From Candidatus Bipolaricaulota bacterium (lineage in GTDB: Bacteria; Patescibacteriota; Patescibacteriia; UBA11705; DATKZF01), in contig DATKZF010000003.1 in assembly GCA_035528115.1 (NCBI GenBank), positions 359,089-423,088 on the forward strand: DNA of 64,000 nucleotides, given 5' to 3'. The position numbers and the translations under genes are program-made. Of this stretch, positions 21,230-30,578 are shown in pieces. The notes beneath the pieces were generated by a model that saw only the letters and a program-made list of their open reading frames with translations, was not told the DNA's origin and ran no database searches. Each line of letters begins with the position of its first letter. The stretch's first letter is position 1.

Positions 21230-21811
21230 ATGGTCTCACTGACTCATTTTCCCAATCAGCAAGCCGATGAAACGATTATTTTATCGATGCGCCGTCACTG
21301 GATCGCGGTGTTCAAATTGATTGTAATGTTTATAGCGTTGGTCGGATTGATTTTACTTTTTGATTTGGTAGCGTATGAATACACGGAAATTTGGAGCGGT
21401 GAGGTCGGATTTTCGCTGATGATTTTGGGCAACAGCGCGTATTTATTGTTTGTTTTGTTATTTTCTTTTTCTCATTTCGTGGATTATTATTTGGATATTT
21501 GGATTGTCACGGACAAAAGAATCATCAATATCGAACAAAAAGGCCTTTTCGCCAGAGTGGTTTCGGAAAAGGAATTATTTCGCATGCAGGACGTGACTTC
21601 CGAGGTCGAAGGTTTTTGGGCGACCTTTTTCAATTACGGCGATGTTTTTATTCAGACCGCCGGTGAAACGTCTCGTTTCGTTTTCAGGCAGGTGCCGAAC
21701 GCGTCCGAGGTAGCGCAAAAGATCAGTGACCTGGTCACCAAGACCAGAGAAACCAAGCCGTTCCCGATGTACGTGACCGAACCGAATGCCAAAATAGACG
21801 ACGAATTATAA
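21230..21811 (+). CDS. Bacterial PH-domain membrane protein
   Basis: RRHW; IVTDKRII..QKGLF; FNYGDV.IQTAG. Confidence 0.8.
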   Translation: MVSLTHFPNQQADETIILSMRRHWIAVFKLIVMFIALVGLILLFDLVAYEYTEIWSGEVGFSLMILGNSAYLLFVLLFSFSHFVDYYLDIWIVTDKRIINIEQKGLFARVVSEKELFRMQDVTSEVEGFWATFFNYGDVFIQTAGETSRFVFRQVPNASEVAQKISDLVTKTRETKPFPMYVTEPNAKIDDEL

Positions 21812-21931
21812 TCAACATTTCAGATAAAACAAAAAGCCGCATTACGCGGCTTTTGTAGTGAGGAAGTTTTATTTTAATAAAGAACGGTTGATTAATGAAT
21901 AAATGTTTGACCTTGAATATGATTTATTTTA

Positions 21932-23590
21932 TCACCAAATTTTTTCCAAAGTGATTCCCGAATAATAGTATTTCAAAATTTGATCGTATTTTGCTCCTGT
22001 TTCGTCCGCCCTGTGATACGCGTCATACGCGTCAATGCCCACTCCGTGACCCCACAATTCCTTGCCTTCGCTGAACTGGCAATTTACGGAAACCAGATAA
22101 GGGACATCATTATTCCAAACTTCCTTGAAGCTTCTGGTGCGGCCGTCGCTTCTGGAAAAATAAGCGGCCACGATCGGTTTTCCTTCATAAGTGGCGACGA
22201 TGCCGTTGGTTTCGTCAATGGCTTTTTGCATGTCTTTCAGCCGCAAAGAAACATTGTAGCCTCGATAGACCTGATCGTAGGTGGCGTCCACATGATAATA
22301 TTCATCGGCGTGTTTGGTGGCCTTGGTGAAGTGATAATAAGCGTATGTTCTGGCGGCCACGGCCATTGTTTTCAAATATTCGATCGGCGAGCCGTTGCTT
22401 GTTTCAGCAATGCCGCGCAAATAATCTTCCATGGGCAGTTCATTGATAATCCATGTTCTGTCTTTTGAATCGTTGTGCCTGATTTCCAAGTCGCCCGAGA
22501 AAGTATTGTCGTTTAAGGCGGTGTTCCAGGCCGGTCTGTTTTCAAAACTGGTTATTTCAAAAATGCCGTTGTTGGTATTTTTCAAAATCAAATAGTTTGA
22601 AGTGGAAACGCTTTTGTCTGATTTAATATATGAATATTTGTTTGTCGAAGGATCAAATGTCGCGCTGAGTTTTTCATTGGCAGCGAAAGAAGCGATTGTA
22701 TTGTTGTTTGAGTCGAAAAGCTGCCAAGCTTTGGTGTTTTTTATTTCAAAGGCATTGTCCGAGTAAAACAGTCCCACTCTGATGCGCGGGCCGGTCGAAG
22801 CCATTTGAGGCAAGCAATTTGAATCCGCGTTTGTTGAAGAACTTAATGTATATGGACAATCGGTTCTATTATTTGGCGAGGCAGTCGGCAATTCCGCGGT
22901 TTCGCTCGGCGCGGGTGTATTTATGGGCGCGGGTTTTTCCACGGCAAAATCTCTCGGATCCGGATTAGCCGGATTATCCGTGACATACATTGATATGGAA
23001 ATATCTCCGCCTTTTATCATGACATTATCGTCAGCGAGCACAAATGTGCCGTCATAATCTCCGAAGGCGGGCGGCGCTTGCACCGCGAATCTAAAAGTCG
23101 CCACTTGTCCCGGAGCGATACTGTCCTCCATCATGGCGCCCGGCAAAAAAGGGTCCGGCCAGAATTCGTGTCTGAATTTCAATCCCGATGTTTTTGATTT
23201 CAAATAAACATGACCTTTTTTCCAAACATTGTCTCCGGTATTTTTGAACTTGGCTTCAAAGGTAAATCCCTTATTGGGCACAATTTTCACTCTCGCATGG
23301 GATTGCTCAAGAAATTGAGAAGCATTGCTATTGGTCTGCGTCGCAGCCAGGGCCACGGTGACGTGAAATGGGTTTAATTTTTGGGGCAGATCCAGGTTAG
23401 AGTTTTTATTATAAACCGTGTTTTCAATGTGGCGCAGTCCGCAGCTGGTCACAACCAAGATTAAAAAAGCGAAAGTCAAATTCACTAAAAGATTCGGTTT
23501 TTTATCCGGTTGAAGTCTATAATTACGGCAATACGTTTGATTTTTGTTTTCGGGAAGCATATTTTTGATTACCTGAATACAGTATATCAT
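21932..23590 (-). CDS. SpoIID/LytB-domain protein with Ig-like domain
   Basis: INELPMEDYLRG, AVAARTYA, DQVYRG, GHGVG, ILKYYYSG; start uncertain. Confidence 0.85.
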   Translation of the reverse strand: MIYCIQVIKNMLPENKNQTYCRNYRLQPDKKPNLLVNLTFAFLILVVTSCGLRHIENTVYNKNSNLDLPQKLNPFHVTVALAATQTNSNASQFLEQSHARVKIVPNKGFTFEAKFKNTGDNVWKKGHVYLKSKTSGLKFRHEFWPDPFLPGAMMEDSIAPGQVATFRFAVQAPPAFGDYDGTFVLADDNVMIKGGDISISMYVTDNPANPDPRDFAVEKPAPINTPAPSETAELPTASPNNRTDCPYTLSSSTNADSNCLPQMASTGPRIRVGLFYSDNAFEIKNTKAWQLFDSNNNTIASFAANEKLSATFDPSTNKYSYIKSDKSVSTSNYLILKNTNNGIFEITSFENRPAWNTALNDNTFSGDLEIRHNDSKDRTWIINELPMEDYLRGIAETSNGSPIEYLKTMAVAARTYAYYHFTKATKHADEYYHVDATYDQVYRGYNVSLRLKDMQKAIDETNGIVATYEGKPIVAAYFSRSDGRTRSFKEVWNNDVPYLVSVNCQFSEGKELWGHGVGIDAYDAYHRADETGAKYDQILKYYYSGITLEKIW

Positions 23591-23770
23591 TTTTGGAAAA
23601 GATTGTCAATGCTGTTTTGTGTAATTTTAGATAAAAAAGAGGTTGTTGCCTATTGACAATGTTATGAGGGCGTGCTAATATATGATATTCCGTGGCTTGC
23701 GTAGGCCTAGGGAGAGAACTGCAGATGACGCATTCCAGGGTTGGCGTTTAGCCGTCCAAAGGAGGCATTC

Positions 23771-24157
23771 ATGTCTGACGGGGTTGAGGAAGGGGTTTAT
23801 ATCTGGGAGGAAATTCCCGAGGACGAGGAGGACATCGGGGAACTCTACGTTCCCACGGTCGAGCTTTCCGCCGAAGAGAAGAAGTTAGCGCGTCTGCTGG
23901 CCGAGGCCGACGCAATCAGCATGCCGGCCATGGTAGAGGCTTTCGAGTCCCTCGAGGCCTACTTGGAGGACGAAGGCTTCGAGCCTCAGCCGACTCTCGA
24001 GGAGTACCGCTTCTGGGGACAGAAGGTCAAGGCTAGGACTGACAAGGCGCATAGGCTTTGGGGCGAGTTTTTGAGCGAAGAAGGGCGGAGGTTCGCTGAG
24101 GCGGACGCCGAGGACATTGAGCTCCAAGCGGCGGCCTGTGAGTCACTGGAGGAGTAA
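23771..24157 (+). CDS. Acidic orphan protein (128 aa)
   Basis: AAGGAGG SD; TTGACA-17-TAATAT at 23653; terminator ~24250-24281. Confidence 0.7.
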   Translation: MSDGVEEGVYIWEEIPEDEEDIGELYVPTVELSAEEKKLARLLAEADAISMPAMVEAFESLEAYLEDEGFEPQPTLEEYRFWGQKVKARTDKAHRLWGEFLSEEGRRFAEADAEDIELQAAACESLEE

Positions 24158-24316
24158 TTGGAGGCCGAGGGGTTCGAGGGCTGCTTCGAAGAGGATCTCG
24201 AGAACTAGTCGTGTGGTTACAGTTTGTCAAAGGAAAGGAGGAAGTTGACAGGCGGATTCATCTCAATGAGTCCGCTGTTTTATTTTAAATTAAAAAAATC
24301 CGCGGCGTGGGGCGGA

Positions 24317-24583
24317 TTAGAGTTGTCGCGGTCGCCTTTTTTCAATCACGGGCAAGTTGATTCTTTGACGCAATTTGGATCCGCATTGGCGACAAAACGA
24401 GTCTTCAATATGGACGATGGGTCGGTAGCATTCCGAGCATTTTGGCGCGCTATCGCCATTTATTGCGGGCAGTGACATGCCGCATTGGCGGCAAAATCGG
24501 TCTTGATGATGGACGAGAGGTTTTTGACAATGAGGGCACTTTGTCCGACGCGGTTTTCTCGGCGTCCTCTCTCTCTTTCCCAT
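24317..24583 (-). CDS. Double zinc-ribbon protein (88 aa)
   Basis: Two CxxC..FCRQCG repeats; AAGGAG SD; TTGACT-17-TACCAT promoter. Confidence 0.7.
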   Translation of the reverse strand: MGKRERTPRKPRRTKCPHCQKPLVHHQDRFCRQCGMSLPAINGDSAPKCSECYRPIVHIEDSFCRQCGSKLRQRINLPVIEKRRPRQL

Positions 24584-24686
24584 GGCAAATACTCCTTGCT
24601 TAGGTTCAAACGCATGGTAATCAGTATTTTCAGGCAAGTCAAGAAAATAAAAAACGGCAGCCGCGAGGCTGCCGAGGAAAAGCCGA

Positions 24687-24872
24687 CTAGCTGTCAAATT
24701 TTAAAAAATATTCTTTGGGTTTCGATTCTTGTTCCAAGACATCTTTCCATTCGGGATTAAGGTCGGATACCCTTTTTAACGCGCCCTCATGCAGGCAAAG
24801 AGGATCGACTACCCGCGATTTGCAAAAAACTTTGCAGTCATAGTCGTTGGGATCATTTAGAAAGCCGATTTT
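24687..24872 (-). pseudogene. Probable C-terminal remnant of a gene truncated by the rhuM insertion (resembles an HD-protein tail)
   Basis: Host-like codon stretch ...KSRVVDP..KRVSD..* with no start. Confidence 0.3.
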
Positions 24873-24873
24873 A

Positions 24874-25878
24874 TTACTTATCCTGATCGACCGCTTCTTC
24901 CAAACGTTTGGCTTCCTTATCAAAATCACTGATTATTTTTTTGCTTTTCTCCGCGTGATATTTTTCGTATTCTTTGTTGGCTAGCCGCTCAGCCTTTTCG
25001 GCGCTGATTTTTCCGGCGTTGGTTAAAATCTCTTTTTCGCTTAATTTTAAAAAGTCATCCAGTTTATTTATCCAGTTTTCCATGGACATGGCACGGTCGT
25101 TGGTGGCTTGCAGTTCCGCGAAATCCAAATATAGCGAAACGATTAAATTTAACTGTTTCAATTCAGGTTCATTCAAATAGTTTTTGGCCACGTGAGCATC
25201 GGCGACCGTGAGATAGTTGCCCTTAAAATTTGTTAAACCCATATTCGGTTTCTCGGCGTTCGCGCGTTGCGCTATTAATTCAGCGGCGGTATTACCATGG
25301 ACGGCAAAGTGTATTTTATTTTGCACTGTCGCGAAAAATTTTTTGGTCAACGCGTCATCTTTGCGGTAATCAATGCTGGTGGCGTAGACATCTGTGATTT
25401 TTTGATAAAAATTCCGTTCGCTGGCGCGGATGTCACGGATTCGTTGCAAGAGTTCTTCAAAATACCTCGCGCGTCCACCGCCCTGCTTTAGGCGTTCATC
25501 GTCCAGCGCGTAGCCTTTTATAATATATTCCCGCAAGCGTTGAGTCGCCCAAATGCGGAATTGAGTGCCGCGGAGCGAATTTATCCTATATCCTACAGAA
25601 ATAATCGCGTCAAGGTTATAAATCTTTATAGGGCGGTTGACTTGCCTATTACCCTCAAGTTGAACTGCCGAGGATTCCTCGGATGTTGCTTTTTCCTCTA
25701 ATTCACGATCCAGATAGATATTTTTTAGATGAAGGGCTATATTGTCTATGCTGCAATCAAAAAGCTCGGCCATCTGCTTTTGCGATAGCCACACTGTTTC
25801 TTTTTCCATTTTAACCTCCACCTTGGTTTTTCCGTCATCGGTTTGATAGAGGATGATTTGGGATGAGTTATGTCCCAT
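24874..25878 (-). CDS. Virulence RhuM family protein
   Basis: ETVWLSQKQMAELF, YNLDAIISVGYR, FRIWAT, IRDIR.SE..FYQK, VQNK.H. Confidence 0.92.
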   Translation of the reverse strand: MGHNSSQIILYQTDDGKTKVEVKMEKETVWLSQKQMAELFDCSIDNIALHLKNIYLDRELEEKATSEESSAVQLEGNRQVNRPIKIYNLDAIISVGYRINSLRGTQFRIWATQRLREYIIKGYALDDERLKQGGGRARYFEELLQRIRDIRASERNFYQKITDVYATSIDYRKDDALTKKFFATVQNKIHFAVHGNTAAELIAQRANAEKPNMGLTNFKGNYLTVADAHVAKNYLNEPELKQLNLIVSLYLDFAELQATNDRAMSMENWINKLDDFLKLSEKEILTNAGKISAEKAERLANKEYEKYHAEKSKKIISDFDKEAKRLEEAVDQDK

Positions 25879-25883
25879 AAAAA

Positions 25884-26138
25884 TTAAGTTGATATGTCGA
25901 TACCAATAGCTTCGGCCGGCGAATTCGGCTGTTCATCGAAATGTTCCGTGAAGTAACGCATAACTTCTCCTGTGCCGGTCCCGACATCGATGTATCGCCG
26001 CATAGGTTGCCCGGCTCGCGCGCACGAATCGCAAAATGCCCGCACCGTTTGAAAAACGCGGCTCAATGAGTTAGAATTTGTCACCCAAGGCAGCTGATCG
26101 AATGATTTTGCGCGGAGATTGAAGACGTGTCTTTGCAT
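25884..26138 (-). pseudogene. Truncated class I SAM methyltransferase
   Basis: IDVGTGTG..GIDIS then immediate stop. Confidence 0.6.
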
Positions 26139-26205
26139 ATTGAAGTGCGGAATTGATTAGTCGCAGGGATCATCCCGAGGAGGTCACCCATAAATCAATT
26201 TATTT

Positions 26206-26847
26206 TTAGTTCTTCCCCGTTATGCGGAGACTGGCAAGAATGTCTCTATAAGGTGATGGCGCGGCTTCCTCAATGGAATAGTCGACATTGTGAAAAGCGG
26301 CTTCGTAGTAGTATTTGTCGGATTCCAACAGATAGCACATGGCGGGAAACATTCCGGAGCAATCATACTTATAGTAGCGTACGCCGCCAATATTTTCAGT
26401 TTGCTCGGAGGAAAGGTCTGTTGTTATTTCCTGTTTGCCCAATAGCCATCCGGCGTTCGTAAGATTTTTGTCGAAGACCGAGATGGTCCCATCGAGTGTA
26501 ACTTGCTCCCCCTCCAGCTGTAGGATACTTACTGAGTATAGTGAGTTTTCGCTCTCGCCAAACTCAATCAGCGACGCATTCGATGGATAAGAAAATGAGA
26601 ATCCGAGATCCTTGTTCTCATATGATTTTAATTGGATGACGGCTCCGCCCTTGCCTTCTTGATCAATACTATTTGCATTGGATAATGGCTGTTGCGTTTC
26701 ACTGCTATTTTCCTGATTAGCGGTCGGAGCATTCATTGGAGGCTGATTTATTTTGCTTTTGTCGCATCCTGCGGCGAGTATTATCAATAACAAGCAGCAA
26801 GCCAAGGAAACCGGCGCGCGGAGAGTATTTGATAACGTCATTTTCAT
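26206..26847 (-). CDS. Lipoprotein (PsbP-like motif)
   Basis: Lipobox LAAGC; YEN..LGFSFSYP. Confidence 0.7.
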   Translation of the reverse strand: MKMTLSNTLRAPVSLACCLLLIILAAGCDKSKINQPPMNAPTANQENSSETQQPLSNANSIDQEGKGGAVIQLKSYENKDLGFSFSYPSNASLIEFGESENSLYSVSILQLEGEQVTLDGTISVFDKNLTNAGWLLGKQEITTDLSSEQTENIGGVRYYKYDCSGMFPAMCYLLESDKYYYEAAFHNVDYSIEEAAPSPYRDILASLRITGKN

Positions 26848-26896
26848 ATATAATTTTGCTTTATCCTTTATCGCAATTTTAGTATTGCCCGAAAAT

Positions 26897-27520
26897 TTAT
26901 CTTACAGGTTCCCACGGCTCGAACGCTTTTTGAATATTGTCCAGTTCGGTTACCATCGGTTGAATGAACCGGACGGAATCGGAATTTGCATTCCACCATG
27001 TTGCTATTGCTTTTGGTGCGCCCTCGCCGCGAAATGCCCAAACGAGAATATCGCCATTGCTGGCTGTTTCTCTAATGTCATTTGCCAACCAGTCTGAGTT
27101 CGCCGCCATGCCAAGATCCTTTTCCATTTCGTCGGCATGGACGGAAAGGATATGGCGAAGGGTTGCCTCGTCGCATGACATATTGTCAACAGATAGAGGA
27201 ATTCGCGACCCCTCTATGCCACCTGCCTCTGTCGGAAGCAGCAGGATGACCCAATCGCATTTAGGAGAGCCTTGTTTCGAGAGAAGATTTTCAAATTCGC
27301 CTGGCGTGAGCCAGTGTGAGAAGCTGACTTGAACATTGAGTGGATCTTGCGTTTCCTTTGAGAGTCTATTCATCAGCCATTCGCGATATATCGATTCTTT
27401 GTCAGTTTGCATCACCTCGGCCGGATTCTTGGCCTCCTCATTCCCACAGGCGACTAAAAGCAATGCCAATAAGGCAAGAGAACCAACTTTAAATATAACC
27501 GAGATGTTAGTTTTTTTCAT
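26897..27520 (-). CDS. Hypothetical lipoprotein
   Basis: Lipobox LLVAC after MKK. Confidence 0.65.
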   Translation of the reverse strand: MKKTNISVIFKVGSLALLALLLVACGNEEAKNPAEVMQTDKESIYREWLMNRLSKETQDPLNVQVSFSHWLTPGEFENLLSKQGSPKCDWVILLLPTEAGGIEGSRIPLSVDNMSCDEATLRHILSVHADEMEKDLGMAANSDWLANDIRETASNGDILVWAFRGEGAPKAIATWWNANSDSVRFIQPMVTELDNIQKAFEPWEPVR

Positions 27521-27754
27521 ACAATATTCATTAAACAATTCTATCACAAGGTTATCATTTATCAATATGGATGACAATAATATAAGGAAAAGTCGGTAAA
27601 AGGCTGCGTATTGACAGATTTTATAAAAATGCTATACTAAAAGCTCGAAAATATCGAGGAAGACGTCGACAGTTAGTGTGCTTCAGCACGACAAGGAGGA
27701 TAGAGCCATGAACTGCCGGCAAGCAACGGATATCCTGCTCGATGAAAACGGAAG

Positions 27755-28105
27755 ATGAACATGCCGAAGAAAAGCAAACCGGCTTCAAGTGCCCCTGCCC
27801 CGGATTTTGTGGAAGCATTTGCGGCCATTCGCGAAAAGCTTGGCTGCACTGATGAGAAATTGGGGCAAATCATCGCATTTGCGCTGGTCAGAGATCGTCG
27901 AATTGCGGCATTTTTCTCGACCACGCGCGATGGCGCGAAGCAATTCCGTGACATCGCGAGGCACATGAGGGATTGCCCCTGTTGCAGTCTCGCGCTTCAT
28001 CTGATCATGTCCAGCGTGTACGAGGTGCGCCTGGAAAACAAAAAAAAGGCGAAGACAAAACCTTCGCCTCGCAAGCAGTCAGTACCGACCAAAAAGGCCC
28101 AGTAG
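27755..28105 (+). CDS. Orphan protein with H..DCPCC motif and basic tail
   Basis: TTGACA-16-TATACT at 27611; shared 3' module follows. Confidence 0.6.
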   Translation: MNMPKKSKPASSAPAPDFVEAFAAIREKLGCTDEKLGQIIAFALVRDRRIAAFFSTTRDGAKQFRDIARHMRDCPCCSLALHLIMSSVYEVRLENKKKAKTKPSPRKQSVPTKKAQ

Positions 28106-28109
28106 CCTA

Positions 28110-28160
28110 AGCTCTCATGAGCCATTCGGCAACGCGGATCCAACATCGGGTCCGCTTTTT
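28110..28160 (+). repeat. 51-bp 3' module containing a terminator, copy 1
   Basis: AGCTCTCATGAGCCATTCGGCAACGCGGATCCAACATCGGGTCCGCTTTTT, identical to 29343-29393. Confidence 0.95.
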
Positions 28161-28213
28161 TATTTTAAAATTTTTCTGAAATTGAAAAATGACCCTTGTG
28201 AAGAGCCACCTTG

Positions 28214-28753
28214 TTAAAAGTCTTGATCCGGAATCAGGCCGGCAATGCCACCGTTCACTAAACGGCGATGACTGATCTGAACCAGTGGAACCCGGCCCCC
28301 CTTAAATGTCGTGAAACCATGGCGTTGGGTTCTGTCCTCTATTGTCGCCACTCTGCTCCTAACTCGACGCAAATCGTCTTGCAGATCCTCCAACCGACCG
28401 TCAAGTTTCGAGAGATCCTTGCGGAGGCCGTCTTGTCCCTTTCTCACCTCTTCGCGCAGAGCGTCCTGACCCTGCTTCATCTTTCCCAGGTCGTCCGCAA
28501 GGGTTCCCACGCGGGCGTCGAGGTGATCCTGACCCTGCTTCATCTTTCCCAGGTCGTCCGCAAGGGTTCCCACGCGGGCGTCGAGGTGATCCTGACACTG
28601 CTTCATCTTTTCCAGGTCGTCCGCAAGGGTTCCCACGCGGGCGTCGAGGTGATCCTGACACTGCTTCACCTCCTTGCGGAGGGCGTCCTGGCCCGCCTTC
28701 ACTTCCTTGATACCTACTAGAATCTCACTTGTGTTGTCGAATTGCGTTTCCAT
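28214..28753 (-). CDS. Coiled-coil protein with 21-aa tandem repeats
   Basis: (KQGQDHLDARVGTLADDLGKM)x3; 63-bp period. Confidence 0.75.
   Translation of the reverse strand: METQFDNTSEILVGIKEVKAGQDALRKEVKQCQDHLDARVGTLADDLEKMKQCQDHLDARVGTLADDLGKMKQGQDHLDARVGTLADDLGKMKQGQDALREEVRKGQDGLRKDLSKLDGRLEDLQDDLRRVRSRVATIEDRTQRHGFTTFKGGRVPLVQISHRRLVNGGIAGLIPDQDF
28464..28668. repeat. 63-bp intragenic tandem repeat, ~3.2 copies
   Basis: TCCTGAC recurs at 28464, 28527, 28590, 28653. Confidence 0.95.
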
Positions 28754-28956
28754 TGTTCAATCCCTCTCGAATTGGGGTGATGACACAAAACAAACAATTT
28801 AAAAATATCATTTATAAATACCAAAGGCAATAGGAAGAAACAACGGAGCTATTTTAAAATAAGCTGGCATTGACAGTTTTTATGGAAAATGATATAATTA
28901 AATGTTGTTTTTCCACAGATTTTGACCTGTTTTCAACCAAGTAAAGGGGGCCTGCC

Positions 28957-29316
28957 ATGAGTGATGAGAGATTCAGCGCAGATGAGTTGGAGGAGTACAG
29001 AGTCTGGGGAAAGAGAATGGCGCGCAGGGCAAGGCAAGCCGACGCGCTGTATGCGCAAGTTGGGGCGGAAGTCAGCGCAAAGGTGGAAGCTGCCGAGCGC
29101 GCGCCAACACTAGAGGCGGTTCACTTCCTTGTCAGTCATTTCAAGCTGACGCCGAAGGAGTGGATGTACCTGTACTGGCGCTACGCTATGCGCCTTCATC
29201 ACAAGGACGTGGCTGTAAAGATGGAAGTGTCCCGCCCGCGCGTGTCACAGCTCGGCCGGGCAGTGCGAGAGAAGATGGGTCTGGAAGGTCTGAGGCTCCT
29301 CGGACGCAACAGCTGA
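28957..29316 (+). CDS. Sigma70 region-4-like HTH protein
   Basis: LTPKE..LYWRY..HKDVAVKMEVSRPRVSQL; perfect TTGACA-17-TATAAT at 28870-28898. Confidence 0.75.
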   Translation: MSDERFSADELEEYRVWGKRMARRARQADALYAQVGAEVSAKVEAAERAPTLEAVHFLVSHFKLTPKEWMYLYWRYAMRLHHKDVAVKMEVSRPRVSQLGRAVREKMGLEGLRLLGRNS

Positions 29317-29342
29317 CACATTTCACGGTCATTTCCGCCGAC

Positions 29343-29393
29343 AGCTCTCATGAGCCATTCGGCAACGCGGATCCAACATCGGGTCCGCTTTTT
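29343..29393 (+). repeat. 51-bp 3' module, copy 2
   Basis: Identical to 28110-28160. Confidence 0.95.
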
Positions 29394-29486
29394 GATTGAA
29401 TAAAGACTTTAATTGACAATTAGGACGCTTTTATTATACTGAAAGCGAGACCGAGAAAATCTCGGCTAACAAAACAAGAAGGAGGA

Positions 29487-29720
29487 ATGGCGATGAAAGC
29501 GATATGGTATTTAATTGTGTATTTTATTCTACAAGCGTTTTTCACGGGCTTGCTGTATCTTCTTGTGGAGAAAATGTTATCACCGCATAAGATGGACTGG
29601 CCCAGCGAATACGGATGCTACATGTTTCTCCTGATCGTCATCGCAGGTGAACTTGCGACGTTGGGAGGTCTTCTCGTCGTGCATTTCGGAGGTCTTTTTA
29701 GGGATGAGGAGAAGTCTTAA
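29487..29720 (+). CDS. Small 2-TM orphan protein
   Basis: TTGACA-16-TATACT at 29413; AAGGAGG SD. Confidence 0.7.
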   Translation: MAMKAIWYLIVYFILQAFFTGLLYLLVEKMLSPHKMDWPSEYGCYMFLLIVIAGELATLGGLLVVHFGGLFRDEEKS

Positions 29721-29741
29721 AGAAACTACCAGTAACGGTAT

Positions 29742-29767
29742 GCGGATCCAACATCGGGTCCGCTTTT
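29742..29767 (+). terminator. Terminator half of the shared 3' module, copy 3
   Basis: GCGGATCCAACATCGGGTCCGCTTTT. Confidence 0.9.
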
Positions 29768-29771
29768 CTTA

Positions 29772-30443
29772 TTATAAAATTTTGGTAGACTCGACTGATT
29801 TGGCTTCCTCGCGTTCTTTAAGCAGATAAATACCAAGATACGACAGCGGCGTGTAAAGCGCGCCCATGGCCACTTTGTACAGCCACCAAGTGATGATGAT
29901 GCTGATCAGGGTGCGAGTCGGATATATGCCCGCGAAAGCGATAATCATGAAAATCGTCGAGTCCAGCAATTGCGACCAAATGTTGGATAAAAGAGACCGC
30001 AACCAAAAAGCCTTTACTCCCAATTTTTCCCGGAAAAAGAAAAATGACAGCACGTCTTGATATTCGGCTATTAAAAAGGCGGTCAGCGACGCGACGCTCA
30101 TGCGAATGGACAGTCCGAAAATTTGATTATAGCCTTGCCTCGCCCATTCCCCATCCGCTGACCAAGGCATGGCCAGTGAGATAAATGAGTAGGCTATGAA
30201 CAAGGCCGCGCTGATGAATCCGGCTAATACAAAGAATTTGGCAAGGCGCTTGCCGAAAACTTCTCCGATGACGTCGGTCATTAAAAATACTACCGGGAAG
30301 GAAAACACGGCCACTGACAGATGCGAGCCGAAAATGAACGGCATCATTTTCAGACCGAGAGTATTGGCCGCAAAAAGCGAGGTGAGATAGATGGTCAACG
30401 CTATAATCAGTTTTTTGAATGATTTTTTGGTGAGATGAATCAT
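29772..30443 (-). CDS. yhhQ: Queuosine precursor transporter (YhhQ/VUT family)
   Basis: FP..FL.TDVIGEVFG, AS..AF, WLRS..S...SQLLDS.IF, TPL.Y. Confidence 0.9.
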   Translation of the reverse strand: MIHLTKKSFKKLIIALTIYLTSLFAANTLGLKMMPFIFGSHLSVAVFSFPVVFLMTDVIGEVFGKRLAKFFVLAGFISAALFIAYSFISLAMPWSADGEWARQGYNQIFGLSIRMSVASLTAFLIAEYQDVLSFFFFREKLGVKAFWLRSLLSNIWSQLLDSTIFMIIAFAGIYPTRTLISIIITWWLYKVAMGALYTPLSYLGIYLLKEREEAKSVESTKIL

Positions 30444-30461
30444 ATGGTATTTTTAATTAAT

Positions 30462-30576
30462 AAAAAAACCGCCCGATAAGGCGGGAGTAAATTTCGAAAA
30501 CACCCCGTCCTTATCGGCATAAAAGGCGGGCGTAAATAAATCCTGACCAGGTTTTTATTTTGTTATTGTGGAGCAT
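30462..30576 (-). promoter_or_regulatory. Candidate leader-peptide transcription attenuator of yhhQ
   Basis: 21-aa uORF 30576-30511; alternative pairings; terminator CCGCC-ttatcg-GGCGG-T7. Confidence 0.55.
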
Positions 30577-30578
30577 GT

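Noticed and set aside
28464-28668. CRISPR-like repeat
   Set aside because: Contiguous in-frame coding repeat with no spacers.
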